A stretch of 64,000 nucleotides of DNA from Octopus sinensis (GCF_006345805.1 NC_043007.1:49166001-49230000), one strand, 5' to 3'; positions 1 to 11,864 are shown, counted from the first letter of the stretch. Numbers and translations: made by a program. The notes: generated from the letters alone by a model not told the origin.

Positions 1-112
1 TTATATTATATTTAATTAGAGACAAAACCACTATTATGCAAATCAAACAAAGAAAGACTTAAGCCAATACATAAATTATTTATATAAATTTAGAAATTTA
101 ACAATTATAAAT

Positions 113-173
113 AACCACTACGATCGTTTCATGTCTTATTTCAGCACATCTTTGAGACATTCTTCAGGTGGTT
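113..173 (-). ncRNA. Minimal type I hammerhead ribozyme motif (Penelope/retrozyme type)
   Basis: Minus strand reads AACCAC-CTGAAGA-ATGTCT[loop]AGACAT-GAAAC-GATC-GTA-GTGGTT. Both conserved core boxes are present, stem I is 6 bp, stem II is 6 bp, stem III is the palindrome ACGATCGT, and the cleavage triplet is GUA. Confidence 0.8.
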
Positions 174-597
174 TCAAAACCTAAAATATAATCAATATTT
201 TTAAGATATAAATAATCTATATAATCAAAGAAAATTTACTTTTAATAAGCTCTATTATTAAATATGATTATATCGAAATCGACTATAATGTTAGATATTA
301 ACTTTAATTTATAAGGTAGAAAATCCATATTCTAATATCCATTTTAGTCTATATCTACTTATATAGATATTTGAAATGACTAATATATATAAATTATCAA
401 TGAAAATATATATAAATATTATAATCAAGATCTAAAATAATCTCTATAAACGATTGTATATAATGAAAACCTAATATATTTAATTTCTCATATTTAAAGA
501 TAAAATAGCTATTTCAAAATACAAAAAATATATATATATATGCTCATGCTCATATATACATGTATGTATATAAACATATCTAAATACGTACAAAAAC

Positions 598-1030
598 CCA
601 CACACACATATATATATCTATACATACACATATACATATAGACACGGATATATTATGCATACTCGCACACACACACATATAATCACTCATTCATAAACAT
701 ATACGTTCAGCAAGACACTAACACAGAGGAGAAATAACATCCAATAGCCGCAGATACTCAACCACATACTTATAGAAATAATTATTCTTAGTAAATACGT
801 AAACAAACACACACACACATATATATATCAATACATACACAAATACATATAGACACGGATATTTTATAAAGCAGTCCTATATTTCTACACATTAATTATG
901 CATACTCGCACACACACACATACAATCACTCATTCATTAACGTATGCACACTACAAGACACTAACACAGAGGAGAAACAACATCCATTAGCCACATTTAC
1001 TCAGCCACATACTTAAAGGAATATTCCATA
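598..1030. repeat. Diverged tandem duplication (~210-240 bp unit) in an AT-rich non-coding repeat
   Basis: GACACGGATAT...CATACTCGCACAC...CAAGACACTAACACAGAGGAGAAA...CCACATACTTA occurs twice (~598-790 and ~808-1030). Confidence 0.7.
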
Positions 1031-1867
1031 CTTAGTAATATAGTATTAAAAAATACTATAAGTACTATAAACAAAATTATGAATGGGAATATTATCTAAT
1101 ATAAATTATGCTATTATATTAGACATGGCCTAAACCATCTTCAGTCGAAACCTATCTAATTTATCAAAGTTTATCTAAATTATTTAATAACTAATAACAT
1201 AGAAAATTACAATAAATAGATCATTACATAAACAGCAATATTAACATAAGAAGAATATTATTACTCCTAAGGCTTATACAATATTAAAAATTAACATTTG
1301 GAGATCTTAAAAGATACGTACCTTCTTGGCGAATTTTAAACTATGAACTAAATTTGAATCACTAACATCTTAAACAGCGTTTAAGAGAAAACTCATAGAA
1401 TTATGTTATAAGCAAAAAATAGAATAAATTTTTGATAAATTCTTTGCGCGTGATGAACCAACGTTATTTAAAGATTATGAATGGAAAATTATATGTTTAT
1501 CATTGTAAATAGAATATTCACAAATAAAGAATAAAATCTCACTATAAATTTATATAGTAATCTCCCTACATATTATAAATTATTTCCCATACCCTTATTC
1601 ATAATCTAAGATTAGTATTCATAACAAATCTAACTATACTAATCAAAATATAGTATAACCATACATACGTATACATAAATATATAATAAACTATCCAAAC
1701 ATATACATGTACATATACATATATACACATATACACATATACATATACATGTACAAATACGTATATACACACATACACATATACATACATATACATATAC
1801 ATACACATATACACATAAAGACACACACATAGACTTACATATATACATACATACACATACAATTGAT

Positions 1868-2021
1868 TTCTTTCAGTTTCTGTCTACAAAATCTACTGAC
1901 AAGGCTTTGGTTGGTCTGAGGCTATAGCAGAAGACGCATGCCAAGTTACCACACAGTGGGACTGAACTGAGGACCATGTGTTTTGGAATCAATTTTGTTA
2001 CCACACACCCACAGCTGCGCC
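1868..2021 (-). mobile_element. tRNA-derived SINE, 5' part (GGCGCAG..TGGCTGTGTGGTAA family)
   Basis: Minus strand has a tRNA-like head (GGCGCAGCTG..TGGTAAC..AGTTCAGTCCC) and a body ending GTAGACAGAAACTGAAAGAA. Homologous to 62850-63243 and 63440-63880. Confidence 0.7.
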
Positions 2022-2122
2022 TATGTATGTGTGTGTGTGTGTATGGGTGTATATATATGTATGCATGTATATATGTGTATATATATGTGTACATATTACA
2101 TGTACATCTATATATATACATG

Positions 2123-2172
<50 letters not shown>

Positions 2173-2289
2173 TATATCTATATCTATATATATGTATGTA
2201 TATATATATTTATATATATATATACATCCATATATATACATGTATATATATATATATATATATGCATCCATATAAATACAATAGAGAGA

Positions 2290-2535
2290 TGTTTTTGTTT
2301 TCCTTTTAACATGTAATACTGAAATAGTGGAGAAGATATGATATTGCTGTGGGCTCGCCCTAGGCAAGAAGTTAAACATTTTTTGCCCATGACACTACAT
2401 GGACTCTAGGTAAGGCATGTGTAAAATTTGAATGAAATTGGTTGTATAGTTCTCAAGTTTTAGGGAAACACACAGACAGACAGACAGACAGACAGGCACA
2501 CAGACACACGTTCTCAGTTTTATATATAGAGAAGA
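2290..2535 (-). mobile_element. Non-autonomous Helitron-like 5' terminal fragment
   Basis: Minus strand begins A|TCTTCTCTATATATAAAACTGAGAACGTGTGTCTG followed by (TCTG)n, the same architecture as the 5' end of the Helitron at 56696. It abuts the UGT remnant. Confidence 0.55.
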
Positions 2536-2595
2536 TATCGAAGTGTGAAAAAATGTTTATCGTTTTGTTGCAAGAAAAAAACGAAGAGTGACTAA
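2536..2595 (+). pseudogene. 3'-terminal remnant of a duplicate UGT gene (YRSVKKCLSFCCKKKTKSD*)
   Basis: Nearly identical to 13751-13810. The 3' flank continues to match 13811 onward, and the upstream part of the gene is absent here. Confidence 0.85.
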
Positions 2596-3894
2596 AATAA
2601 TTTCTTTGATAAGTTGAAAGAATGTAAATCATGGCAGGTTTTTGATTTATTCAAGTGAGGGTTAGAAACATTTAATTTTAAAAAAATAATTGAAATTTGG
2701 ACATTTTCTGTAGATATCATATTTATGTGGTGTAGGTTTTAACGATTTACCTCATATAGTGTGTTGATTTTTCTTTTTGTTTCAAACATTTTGTAGAAGC
2801 TCCGTATTAAACATAAACGTCTTCACTGAAAACAATACGTGTTAAAGTACAGTGCCATTATTTTTCTTATAATCAAAACAAGATGTTTATCAAAATTTCT
2901 ACAAAATTGCTTATTCATTTTATAATATATATATATATACATTTTAATCTCTTGCCAGCTGTCATATTTTATTGTACAATATTACAGTCTCCTCCCACTC
3001 TGTTTTCCTCGATGAAATTGTCAAGATTTTCTTCAAGTTGTTATGTCATTTTCGTAAAGAGAAGAGTCTGCTTATATCAATTAGTAATTAAATGGTTAAA
3101 TGCTTTGTTGCAGTTTAAATCTTGATAGGCTTGACACTTTTTGAACAAAACTCTTTGTAGTTTTCGTCGGTGTGCTGAAAGTTAATCCACAGACATGCAT
3201 CAATTTATTAGCGGGTCGGGAAAAGTGACCTATGGAATAAGTACCTTACTTTAAATATAGTAAGTCCTTTGATCCATTCGTTCGATTGAATGCTCGTCAA
3301 GGTAGTGCCACAGCATGGCTGCAGTCTCCTAACTGAAACAAGTAAAAGATAAAAAGATAGATTTAAAATGAAATTCCAATACATAACCACAATATTATCC
3401 TTTAAGTAATAATTACAGTTTACCTTTTTCTCTTTACTTTGTGAGGCACAAATTCAGCAAAAAAGGATGAAGAATTTGTTCGTCAGTATATTGGCGCTGT
3501 TATTTTTTTAACTATAAGTAATGGTAAAAATATTTTATACCTAGCATGACCTTTCAATAGTCACGTACATCCAATAATTTCTATAGCAAACGAATTATCA
3601 AAGTATGGACACAATAACTATTTTATACTAAATAACAAAAACTCACTAAAACTTTCCAAAAGGAACAAAACATAAATATCCTTCCAATGGACGAGATCAC
3701 AGAATTGAGTAAAACCTTTTCTGACGCACAACAGAAAATAGTATCAAAACGAAGAACCCTCTGATATGTAATAGAATTCTGAAGAATGAGAAATGGATCG
3801 AATCACTGCGAGCGGTTAATGCCAGTTTGGTTGTTGTTATTAATGGACTATTTGCGGCAAATTGTCTTACAATAACAGCATATCAATTGTCAGT
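2536..3894 (+). repeat. Segmental duplication copy A (UGT 3' end + 3' UTR + spacer + UGT pseudogene); copy B at ~13751-15208
   Basis: Colinear near-identity by eye. Copy B has an extra ~140 bp at ~14417-14557. Confidence 0.9.
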
Positions 3895-4378
3895 TCCATA
3901 TGTTCTCACAGAATCTGAGATATTTCCTGTCTTCATCGCATTCCAAGGATTCTGAGTGTTTTCTCCAACAGTTTCGTCGGATCCTCGAGCAAGATGGTAT
4001 ATTCGAAAAAGATAATAAGAGCTTTGGTTGCTATCATGGACTACTCCATTCCTCCTATCGTTGAACCTGCACACAGCGTTAAAACATATGCGAAACACAA
4101 ACCTATTTCATTCACAGATTTACTACATCAGGCACAATATTTTCTTATAGAAAAATATAGACTGCTAGTTTATCTGTTACTACAACTTCCAAACGTAAGG
4201 TACGTTGGTGGTCTGGATACAAAACGTTTGTTGCTACTGAAGTATGAATTAGTAAAATTCTTAAATGCGTCTATGAATGGAATAGTTGTAGTGTCATTTG
4301 GCAGTAATATACAAAGTAAATTGATACAAATAAAATATGATGTTGTGTGGAGACAGACAAAAACATCATTTTCTCATT

Positions 4379-4425
<47 letters not shown>

Positions 4426-4567
4426 ATATATATATATATACATATACATAAGTGACTGAGTAACACAAAATGATTTTTTTGGCCTTCCTAAAACTAAACT
4501 ATTTCTTACTCATTGTGGAAATAGTGGCCAGTTTGAAGCTTTGTTCCATGGTATGCCAATGCTGGGA
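3467..4567 (+). pseudogene. UDP-glycosyltransferase pseudogene 1
   Basis: ATG followed by a signal-peptide-like MKNLFVSILALLFFLTISNGKNILYLA* with an in-frame TGA and frameshifts. Homologous blocks remain (NVRYVGGL, GIVVVSFGS, THCGNSGQFEALFHG). A (TA)n expansion lies at 4381-4440 and the copy is truncated at a (CA)n tract. Confidence 0.9.
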
Positions 4568-4582
4568 CAGACACACAGAAGG

Positions 4583-4677
<95 letters not shown>

Positions 4678-5279
4678 CACACACTCACAAATACACACAC
4701 ACACACATACGCAAACATATCAGTTTTCCTCTACCAAATTCATTCATGAGGCTTTGGTGGTGCAGAGGCTCTAGTAGAAGACATTCTATAATGTACAGAG
4801 TTGAATTTCGTGTAGCCCCCTATTGGCAACTTTTCTCCACCACCTATTTTGTAGGGGGTGTTACCCAATTTTCTGGGACCTTTCACAGCTATACCTTGTT
4901 CGAAATTTGCATTAGTTTTTGTATGAAAAAAAAAAAAAGGAAATGAGTGGTGGGGCTTGTTTGTAGTTTGTAGAGAAAACATTAAACGTGCCTGAGAAAA
5001 AAGAACATGGTCTTTTCCCGCCAGTAAAAGACATGAAGAACTATGAAAGAATGCGAATAAGTACCGGGAGTGGAGGAAAGGGAGAACTAACAATCGATCG
5101 TTCTAGAACTCCCAGAATAAAAACCTAAATACCTGAAATATTTTCCTTCTATTCATTACTATGTGTCTTTCTCTCTTCTTCATTGTTAAAAGTAAAAAAG
5201 TTAGAAAAGATCGAACGTATTTCAGTCTAATTCTCATTGTAAATGACTGAGACTTTATCTATTGCTTCACGTTAAGAGT

Positions 5280-5562
5280 AGAGGTGAGTGGTTCAGTGGT
5301 TAGGGGTATTCGATATGCTCTGCTTTTGAGCAAGGCACCCTACTTCACCTTGCTGCAGTCCACTCAACTGGCAAAAATGAGTTGTTACTGTAATTCAAAG
5401 GGGTCAGCCATGGCACATTCTGTGCGAGGCTGAATCTCCTTGAGAACTATGTTAATGGTATGCATGTATGTGGAGTACTCAGTCATTTAGAGTTAATTTT
5501 ATGAGCAGACTGTTCCGTTGATCAGATAAACAGGAACCTCGTCGTCGTAACCAACGTAGTGC
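5280..5562 (+). mobile_element. Degenerate tRNA-derived SINE; partial second copy at ~5895-6020
   Basis: TGGTTCAGTGGTTAGG A-box-like head and TTGAGCAAGGCAC..CAGTCCACTCAACTG core, also seen at 46590-46800 and 56760-57091. Confidence 0.55.
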
Positions 5563-6192
5563 CAGTTTTGAAAAAGTGTGAAAAAAGAAATGTTACATAT
5601 CGTAAAGCAAAAACGTCATGTGTTTAGTATAAACAATGAAAGCTAAGAGGAAATAATTGCTATTCCGTCGTGTATTCGCCCTCGGCTCACATTTGGTTTG
5701 ATACCAATAGTCTGCGCTCGGTGTTTAACTGGGGGATATTGGCCTCCAGATCAGTGAGACCCACAAATACCGCTGTTAGGACCGGATTAACATCCATAGT
5801 GGTCCTAACGACTAAAATAATGTTCCTGCCTCTATATAGGATCTTGTTTCGTTTTCTTTCAACCACTTGAAGGTGTATCTTACTAGCTAGCCAAAATTAG
5901 TTGTAGCTGTAATTGAAAAGGGCCAGTATTGTCACATTCTGTGTGAGGCTGAATATCCTTGACAACTATGTTAATGATATGCATGTCTGTGGAGTACTCA
6001 GCCACTTGCGAATTAATTTTATCCTCGTGTGGTAATGAAAAGTGAAAGTGACATCCAATATTTGCTGTGTCTATGTATCAACTTTTCTTTCGATTTACGT
6101 ATCTACTGTCTCTCTCACTTTCATTTTCTTTCACTTTCACATGTGATAAACATTTAAGAACACAAAACGAAACGAAAGTCGTCACCTCTCAC

Positions 6193-6228
<36 letters not shown>

Positions 6229-6388
6229 ACTCTCTCTCTCTTTCTCACTCACTTTCCTCTCTCACTCTCCCTCCTTCTCTCTCACTCTCCCTCCTTCTCT
6301 CCCACTCTCTCTCTCTTTCTCTCTTACTTCTCTGAAACATTTGAAAACTTAAAATGAACTCAGTCACCACAAACTGTCTCTTTCACTC

Positions 6389-6434
<46 letters not shown>

Positions 6435-6500
6435 CCTTCCTCTCTGAAACATTTAAAAATAAAACGAACGCTGTCAGCATTCACTGTCTCTTTCACTCTA

Positions 6501-8114
6501 GGAGGTTGGAAACTATGATGGGCACTCCGCAAGATCTAGGGTGCGGAAAGTCAGCTTCGGCGTATGTGGACGACATCACCGTCATCGTATCCCGAGTCGA
6601 GCACCTACAGTGGGTGGGTGAGGCCTTAAGGGACTACGAAGGGGTGGCAAAAGCGAAAGTCAACCGGGATAAATCGGTCGGCTTGCAACTCGGCACCTGG
6701 AGGGGCAAGTCGATGTTTTCCGACTGCGTCGTAGGACTTTGGACGGAAGGGCCGGTGAAAATGCTTGGAATCTGGTTAGGTCCAGATCTCCAGATAGAGA
6801 AGAGTGAGATGGTGAGAAAGGTGGCTCTCCTAACTCAGACCTGGTCTGAGCAGAATCTGTCCTTGAAAGGGAGTGCGGAGTTTGCAGAAGTGTTTATCGC
6901 CTCTGTAATCACTTACCGCCTGACCATCGTGCTTTGCCTCGATTCGTGGCTGAACAAGCTGGAACGCATGCTCTTTAGCTTTTTGTGGAGGAGCAGCAGA
7001 CCTCTTGTAAGGCGCTCTATTTGCTGCCAAAAGCCGCTGAAGGGTGGGTTAGGGATGCCGTGGCTAAAAATGCGCAGACATGCGCTCAGGCTTAGGCACC
7101 TCTGGCTTTACCTGGACGGTGAGCAGGTGTGGTCTCCGTTCGTCAAGCTGTTATTTCCAGTTCACATCATTTACCAAACTGAACCCATGGATCAAGTGCC
7201 ATCAGGCACTCGTTTTTCTATCCCAGTCGGGCAACGCCGGTGGCGTGGGTACTACCTCGTTCTTCTATAGAGGGTTAGTAGAGTTTAAGTGTGACGACGT
7301 TCAGGGAGAAACCCTGGGCTTCGATGAAGATCAACTGGCTAGCCTGTTCCAAAGAACATTCGGTTCGGGGCCTATGGATAAATACCAAAAGTCCCTGGCC
7401 TGGTAATGTTACAGAGGAGCTTTACCGGTTCGAGATAAGTTCTTTAGACATGGGTGTGCACCTTCACCGGTTTGTGCAAGATGTGAGAGGGACAGTGAAA
7501 CTGTCCTGCACGCAATTGTGCAATGCCCCAAGGTGACTGAACTCTGGGCTTATGTCGAATACCTGCTGTCGCATTCGAGAAGAGTACAACTGTCGAGCAA
7601 ATCTGTAATTAAAATCGTTCCGCCGACCTCCCTGAATAGGGAGGAGCGAGCCTATTTTCTCTCGGTAGTTGCTGTGGCGAAAGAAGTAGTATGGAAGACG
7701 AGAGTGAAAGGAATTGCAACAGGCATGTTTATCTCCAGTCTCGAGCTAATCGACTTTTTCGTTTTCCACATGAAACGGAAAATAAGGCTGGAGAAGAAAT
7801 GCCTGTCGCAAAGTGTGTTTCGTAAAAGATGGAAGTATATAGCAAGTAAGTATGTTGCGAGTGAAAGAACCTGTTAAATCGAGAATGTAAAAAAGGGGAA
7901 AGCAAAGTCTTCAGTGTGAGTATGTGGTTTGTGGGGTCAACCGCGTCCTCCACTTCATTTTTTGTTAATCACTCATTCTCATTTAATTGTATATATTTTA
8001 ATTGTTTATTTATTCATACGTTTCGTCTCATTCGATACCATGACCCCAACGTTTGTTTAGTCTGTCCTAGTATTGTCCCCACTTTTTCTCAACCTTATGG
8101 TGAATAAAGAAATA
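6501..8114 (+). mobile_element. 5'-truncated L1/Tx1-clade LINE (RT C-terminal half + zinc knuckle), frameshifted
   Basis: Motifs SAYVDDITV, KVNRDKS, LSLKG..E, KGGLGMP and C..C...ETVLHAIVQCP, with 3' end AATAAAGAAATA. Sits in a (TC)-rich tract. Confidence 0.85.
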
Positions 8115-8259
8115 CTCTATCTTTCTCTCTCTCACTCTCTCTTTTTCATTTTCCTTTCTTACTTCCTCTGTCCTCCTTTTCTTGCTTTGACACCCATTTC
8201 ATCCGTTGAAGTGTGACACACACCAAAGTTACGGACAGAAACAAAAAAAACTAAGCGCA

Positions 8260-8960
8260 TTAATATTATTGATAAGGGTGGGGGATCGGGTGGAGTGGAG
8301 AAGAGATAAAATAGTGGTGATCGGGTGCCTGTGTCTATTGTCAAAGTAAAAGGTGAGTAGAAGTGAATGGAAGCAGCAGAACGGTAGAGCTAGCAAAAGT
8401 GTATGTGAGAATGAGTAATGGGAAGGAAGGGAGTGAATATAATGAAAGAAGAAAGGCGGCGAGCTGGCAGAAACGTTAGCACGCCGGGCGAAATGCGTTG
8501 CCGTATTTCGTCTGCCGTTACGTTCCGAGTTCAAATTCCGCCGAGGTCGACTTTGCCTTTCATCCTTCCGGGGTCGATAAATTAAGTACCAGTTACGCAC
8601 TGGGGTCGATATAATCGACTTAATCCGTTTGTCTGTCCTTGTTTGTCTCCTCTGTGTTTAGCCCCTTGTGGGTAGTAAAGAAATATATAATGAAAGAAGA
8701 AATGTTGAGTGTTTATATAGGGGTGGAAGAAATTGGGTAGGGTGGTGGATGACGTAGTAAATGGTGGATAAGGGGCGAGGTTGACCAATTATGCATGGCG
8801 GTGGGTAGGGGAAGAGTAGTAGAACAGTATTTTTGGTTTGGTATAAAAGGTAAAGGAGAGAGAAAGAGAGAGAGAGAGACGATGATAGAAGGTGATGATT
8901 TGATAGGTTGTATGTGTGTCGAGAAAGGCAGCTGGAGGGCATGGGGTGAGTAAGAAAGAG
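8260..8960. repeat. Unclassified dispersed repeat; second copy at ~16395-17410
   Basis: Both copies share GAAGAGATAAAATAG..AAAGTAAAAGGTGAGTAGAAG..GAACGGTAGAGCTAGCAAAAG..GTAGGGTGGTGGATGACGTAGT. Confidence 0.75.
8454..8685 (+). mobile_element. Full-length tRNA-derived SINE (GGCGGCGAGCTGGCAG family) with target-site duplication
   Basis: A box (GAGCTGGCAGAAACGTTAG), B box (GAGTTCAAATTCC), CORE-like GCCTTTCATCCTTCCGGGGTCGATAA and tail ..GTAAAGAAATA. TSD TATAATGAAAGAAGAA on both sides. Confidence 0.9.
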
Positions 8961-8994
8961 AACTTAGAAATTGCTATGCTAATAATTACTAAGT

Positions 8995-9225
8995 TGGATA
9001 GCCACGTATGGGGTTTGATATCTAAAGTAACACCACTTGTAATTAAGTGGAATTAATTGAAAAATCCATACCTCATTTTAATGGATCAAATAAATGTAAG
9101 CTATGTTTAGCTGAAATAACTCAGCTCCTTTTCAGATCCAAGATCCCTAAATCATTATTGAACTGTTGGTCTGAAATTTTCAGGGGTTGTAAACAAATGT
9201 CTAAGTACATTTTGAACAGCTGAAA
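8995..9225 (+). mobile_element. Penelope-like element endonuclease C-terminal fragment (possibly Naiad-like)
   Basis: Conceptual translation IKW..KSIPHFNGSNKCKLCLAE...LNCWSEIFRGCKQ resembles the PLE C-terminal CxLC..E..LNxRxE..CxH pattern. Confidence 0.5.
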
Positions 9226-9299
9226 ATTCCCCCTACATCTGATTCAATTGTTGATATCTTTCCAGCCTTATAAAACAGATTTAATTATAGTGTCCCAGC

Positions 9300-10085
9300 T
9301 ACAGCATCATGTCTCATCGTTAGATAATACCGTGATGACATTTTCGGACAATTGCTTATGATGTCGGTGGTATCTTTGGTGTTAACTCCACAAAGTCTGC
9401 AATGGTTGTCAAATGTTACTGCTTTTCTTGCACCTCTATCGCTTTTGTGCATCGGGTACTTGGTTGATATTCCTGTTCCTGGATTGCAAACGCATACCCT
9501 TCAAAGTGGGAAAGTAGTAATCCTGCTATTCGTCCACGAGAGACTGCTTTGATGATTAATGTTACTATCATCTCGGAGCTTTCTACTAACATATCAATGC
9601 ACAGTCTTCTGCTCATACAGGCTCATCCTTTTATCAGATGATACATTGTGCCAGAGTCGTGCGACTTCTTTGGTAATGTATTCTAGGTTATCAAAGAGTG
9701 TTTTTCAATGAGCTACCTTCCAACACTTATGATGTTATCAGCCTGATGTATGCAAACTTGATCAAGGGATGCACTTCGACACTTGGTGGTTAAAAGATGT
9801 TGCCGAAGAGATATGATACGACAGTCAAAGTTATTTTGGATCGATGTTAAGCCTCTGCCGCCTTGTTTTCGTTTTAGGTAGAGGCGGTCTACGTCACTGT
9901 TTATGTGGAAATTATTTGTGTTTGTCAGTATTTTTCGGGTTTTGACATCAATGGCTCGGATCTCATCAAGTGTCCAATCAAGCAGCCTAAATATTGGTAT
10001 GAGTACTGGCACTAGAAACAAATTGTGGGCCACTGTTTTATTGAAAGCAGAGAGTTCTGAGGTCCAAATCTTCTTTATTCGGCTG
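9300..10085 (-). mobile_element. R4/Dong-type LINE fragment
   Basis: Motifs IDVKTRKILT..FHINSDVDRLYLKRKQGGRGL and EGYAFAIQEQE. Confidence 0.8.
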
Positions 10086-10746
10086 TTTCGTTACAGGTGC
10101 CATTGTAAGATATATTTTCATTCATCCCTAGAAACTTATAACATTATTCGTCAGATATAGGGGAAACAGCCAATCATTGATGGAGATGTTGCTAGTGTGA
10201 TTTATAGTTTTCCCTCTTTTCACAACCATGTAACAATATAATTTATGTAAACTGAAGAGAAGTGTAGCAATATATCAGACCAAATGGTGATAAAACGAAA
10301 GACAAAATGGCCAAAATTGGTAAAATGAAATCGAAGAACATAGTGAATTAAAGTAAAAAAGAAAAAAAGAAAAAAAAACAGAAAAATAACTTAAAGGGGA
10401 CAGAAATGTTATTTTGACATAAGAAAATAGATTTTAAAAATTGTATGTATGTACGTATGTATGCATGTGTGGACATATATATATATATATATATATAAAC
10501 ATATATGCACACACGCACTTAAACAAACACACACACGCACTTAAACAAACACACACACACACACACAAACACTCACACGCACTCACACACACATGTATAC
10601 ACACATATACATATGCATATATGTAATATATATATACAGTCAATATCACGTCCATTCGGCTGGAAGTATTTCTTTCTCAATGTATAAACTTAACATGATT
10701 TATGTACGAGTGATCATGTATGTATGTATGTATATATATATATATA

Positions 10747-11561
10747 GGTATGCAATTAATTTTGTTTTTTATATAAATTTTCATCTGTCCTGCCCGCCAA
10801 ATTTGGATCTGTTGTTCGCTGAATTTTTCCTCTAGAGAACTTTCTTTGTAGTTTGATCGTTGATGATCTATTTCTAGCATACGGCCGACTACCTAGCAGT
10901 CTTGCCCTGCCAATATACACATATATTAGAATTTTCTCTGATTTCTCAGATTTTTTGTATGCTAGACTACTGGTTTTAAATTGATATTAAAATTAATATT
11001 AATTTATCTCCCTCATTATTTAAATATTGAAATAAATACGTTCTCTAGTAGCAAGCACTAACCGTAATGAATTATTTACTGCAGTTCTTCGCTTCAGGAA
11101 TTTTTTAGCGCACCGGAACTAAGACATTTGAAATTTTATCCCTAGTGTAATCGGTAAAACTAAGCACGTGTCTGTCTTGGCACAGAAAGCTGGGGTTATT
11201 TTTTCGGATTGCATTTACACTGAACGATTGTACTGATGAGACCACGGACATTTGAATTATGTAAGTAATTATTTTGTTAAAGGCCGAAACCGAGGTATGC
11301 AATTAATTCTGTTTTTTATATAAATTTTCATCTGTCCTGCCCGCCAAATTTGGTTCTGTTGTTCGCTGAATTTTTCCTCTAGAGAACTTTCTTTGTAGTT
11401 TGATCGTTGATGATCTATTTCTAGCATACGGCCGACTACCTAGCAGTCTTGCCCTGCCAATATACACATATATTAGATTTTCTCTGATTTCTCAGATTTT
11501 TTGTATGCTAGACTACTGGTTTTAAATTGATATTAAAATTAATATTAATTTATCTCCCTCA

Positions 11562-11568
<7 letters not shown>
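10747..11568 (+). mobile_element. Non-coding retrozyme-like element: ~547-bp unit in 1.5 tandem copies with an internal hammerhead
   Basis: 10747-11022 is repeated almost exactly at 11294-11568. A hammerhead lies at the unit junction, (TA)n tracts flank both sides, and there is no ORF. Confidence 0.75.
11228..11302 (+). ncRNA. Type I hammerhead ribozyme motif
   Basis: TTGTA-CTGATGA-GACC[~38 nt]GGCC-GAAAC-CGAG-GTA-TGCAA. Stem I is TTGTA/TGCAA with one G-U pair, stem II has one mismatch, and the triplet is GUA. Confidence 0.7.
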
Positions 11569-11621
<53 letters not shown>

Positions 11622-11796
11622 GTGTATATGTATATATATATGTATATATATATATATATATATGCATATATATACATGCTTACTTGTATGTGTGAGTGTA
11701 TATATAAATATATATATATTTATATATTATTGCATATCCATTTATACCGACGTATATATATGTGTGTTTGTATGTATGTATGTATGTATGTATCTG

Positions 11797-11864
<68 letters not shown>

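Noticed and set aside
1599-2390. Many YI/VC/TH-rich ORFs here and at 4271-4946, 10434-11945, 18168-18516, 52436-52911, 55559-56979, 60980-61434 and 63141-63745
   Set aside because: They are translations of (TA)n/(CA)n microsatellites with no coding signal.
3994-4455. 153-aa ORF as a functional short UGT
   Set aside because: It is an internal piece of a pseudogene with upstream stops, deletions and a microsatellite expansion.
10248-10305. CTGAAGA...GAAA as a further hammerhead (similar partial hits at ~1138, ~15773 and ~32090)
   Set aside because: No stem I/II complementarity or correctly placed second core box.
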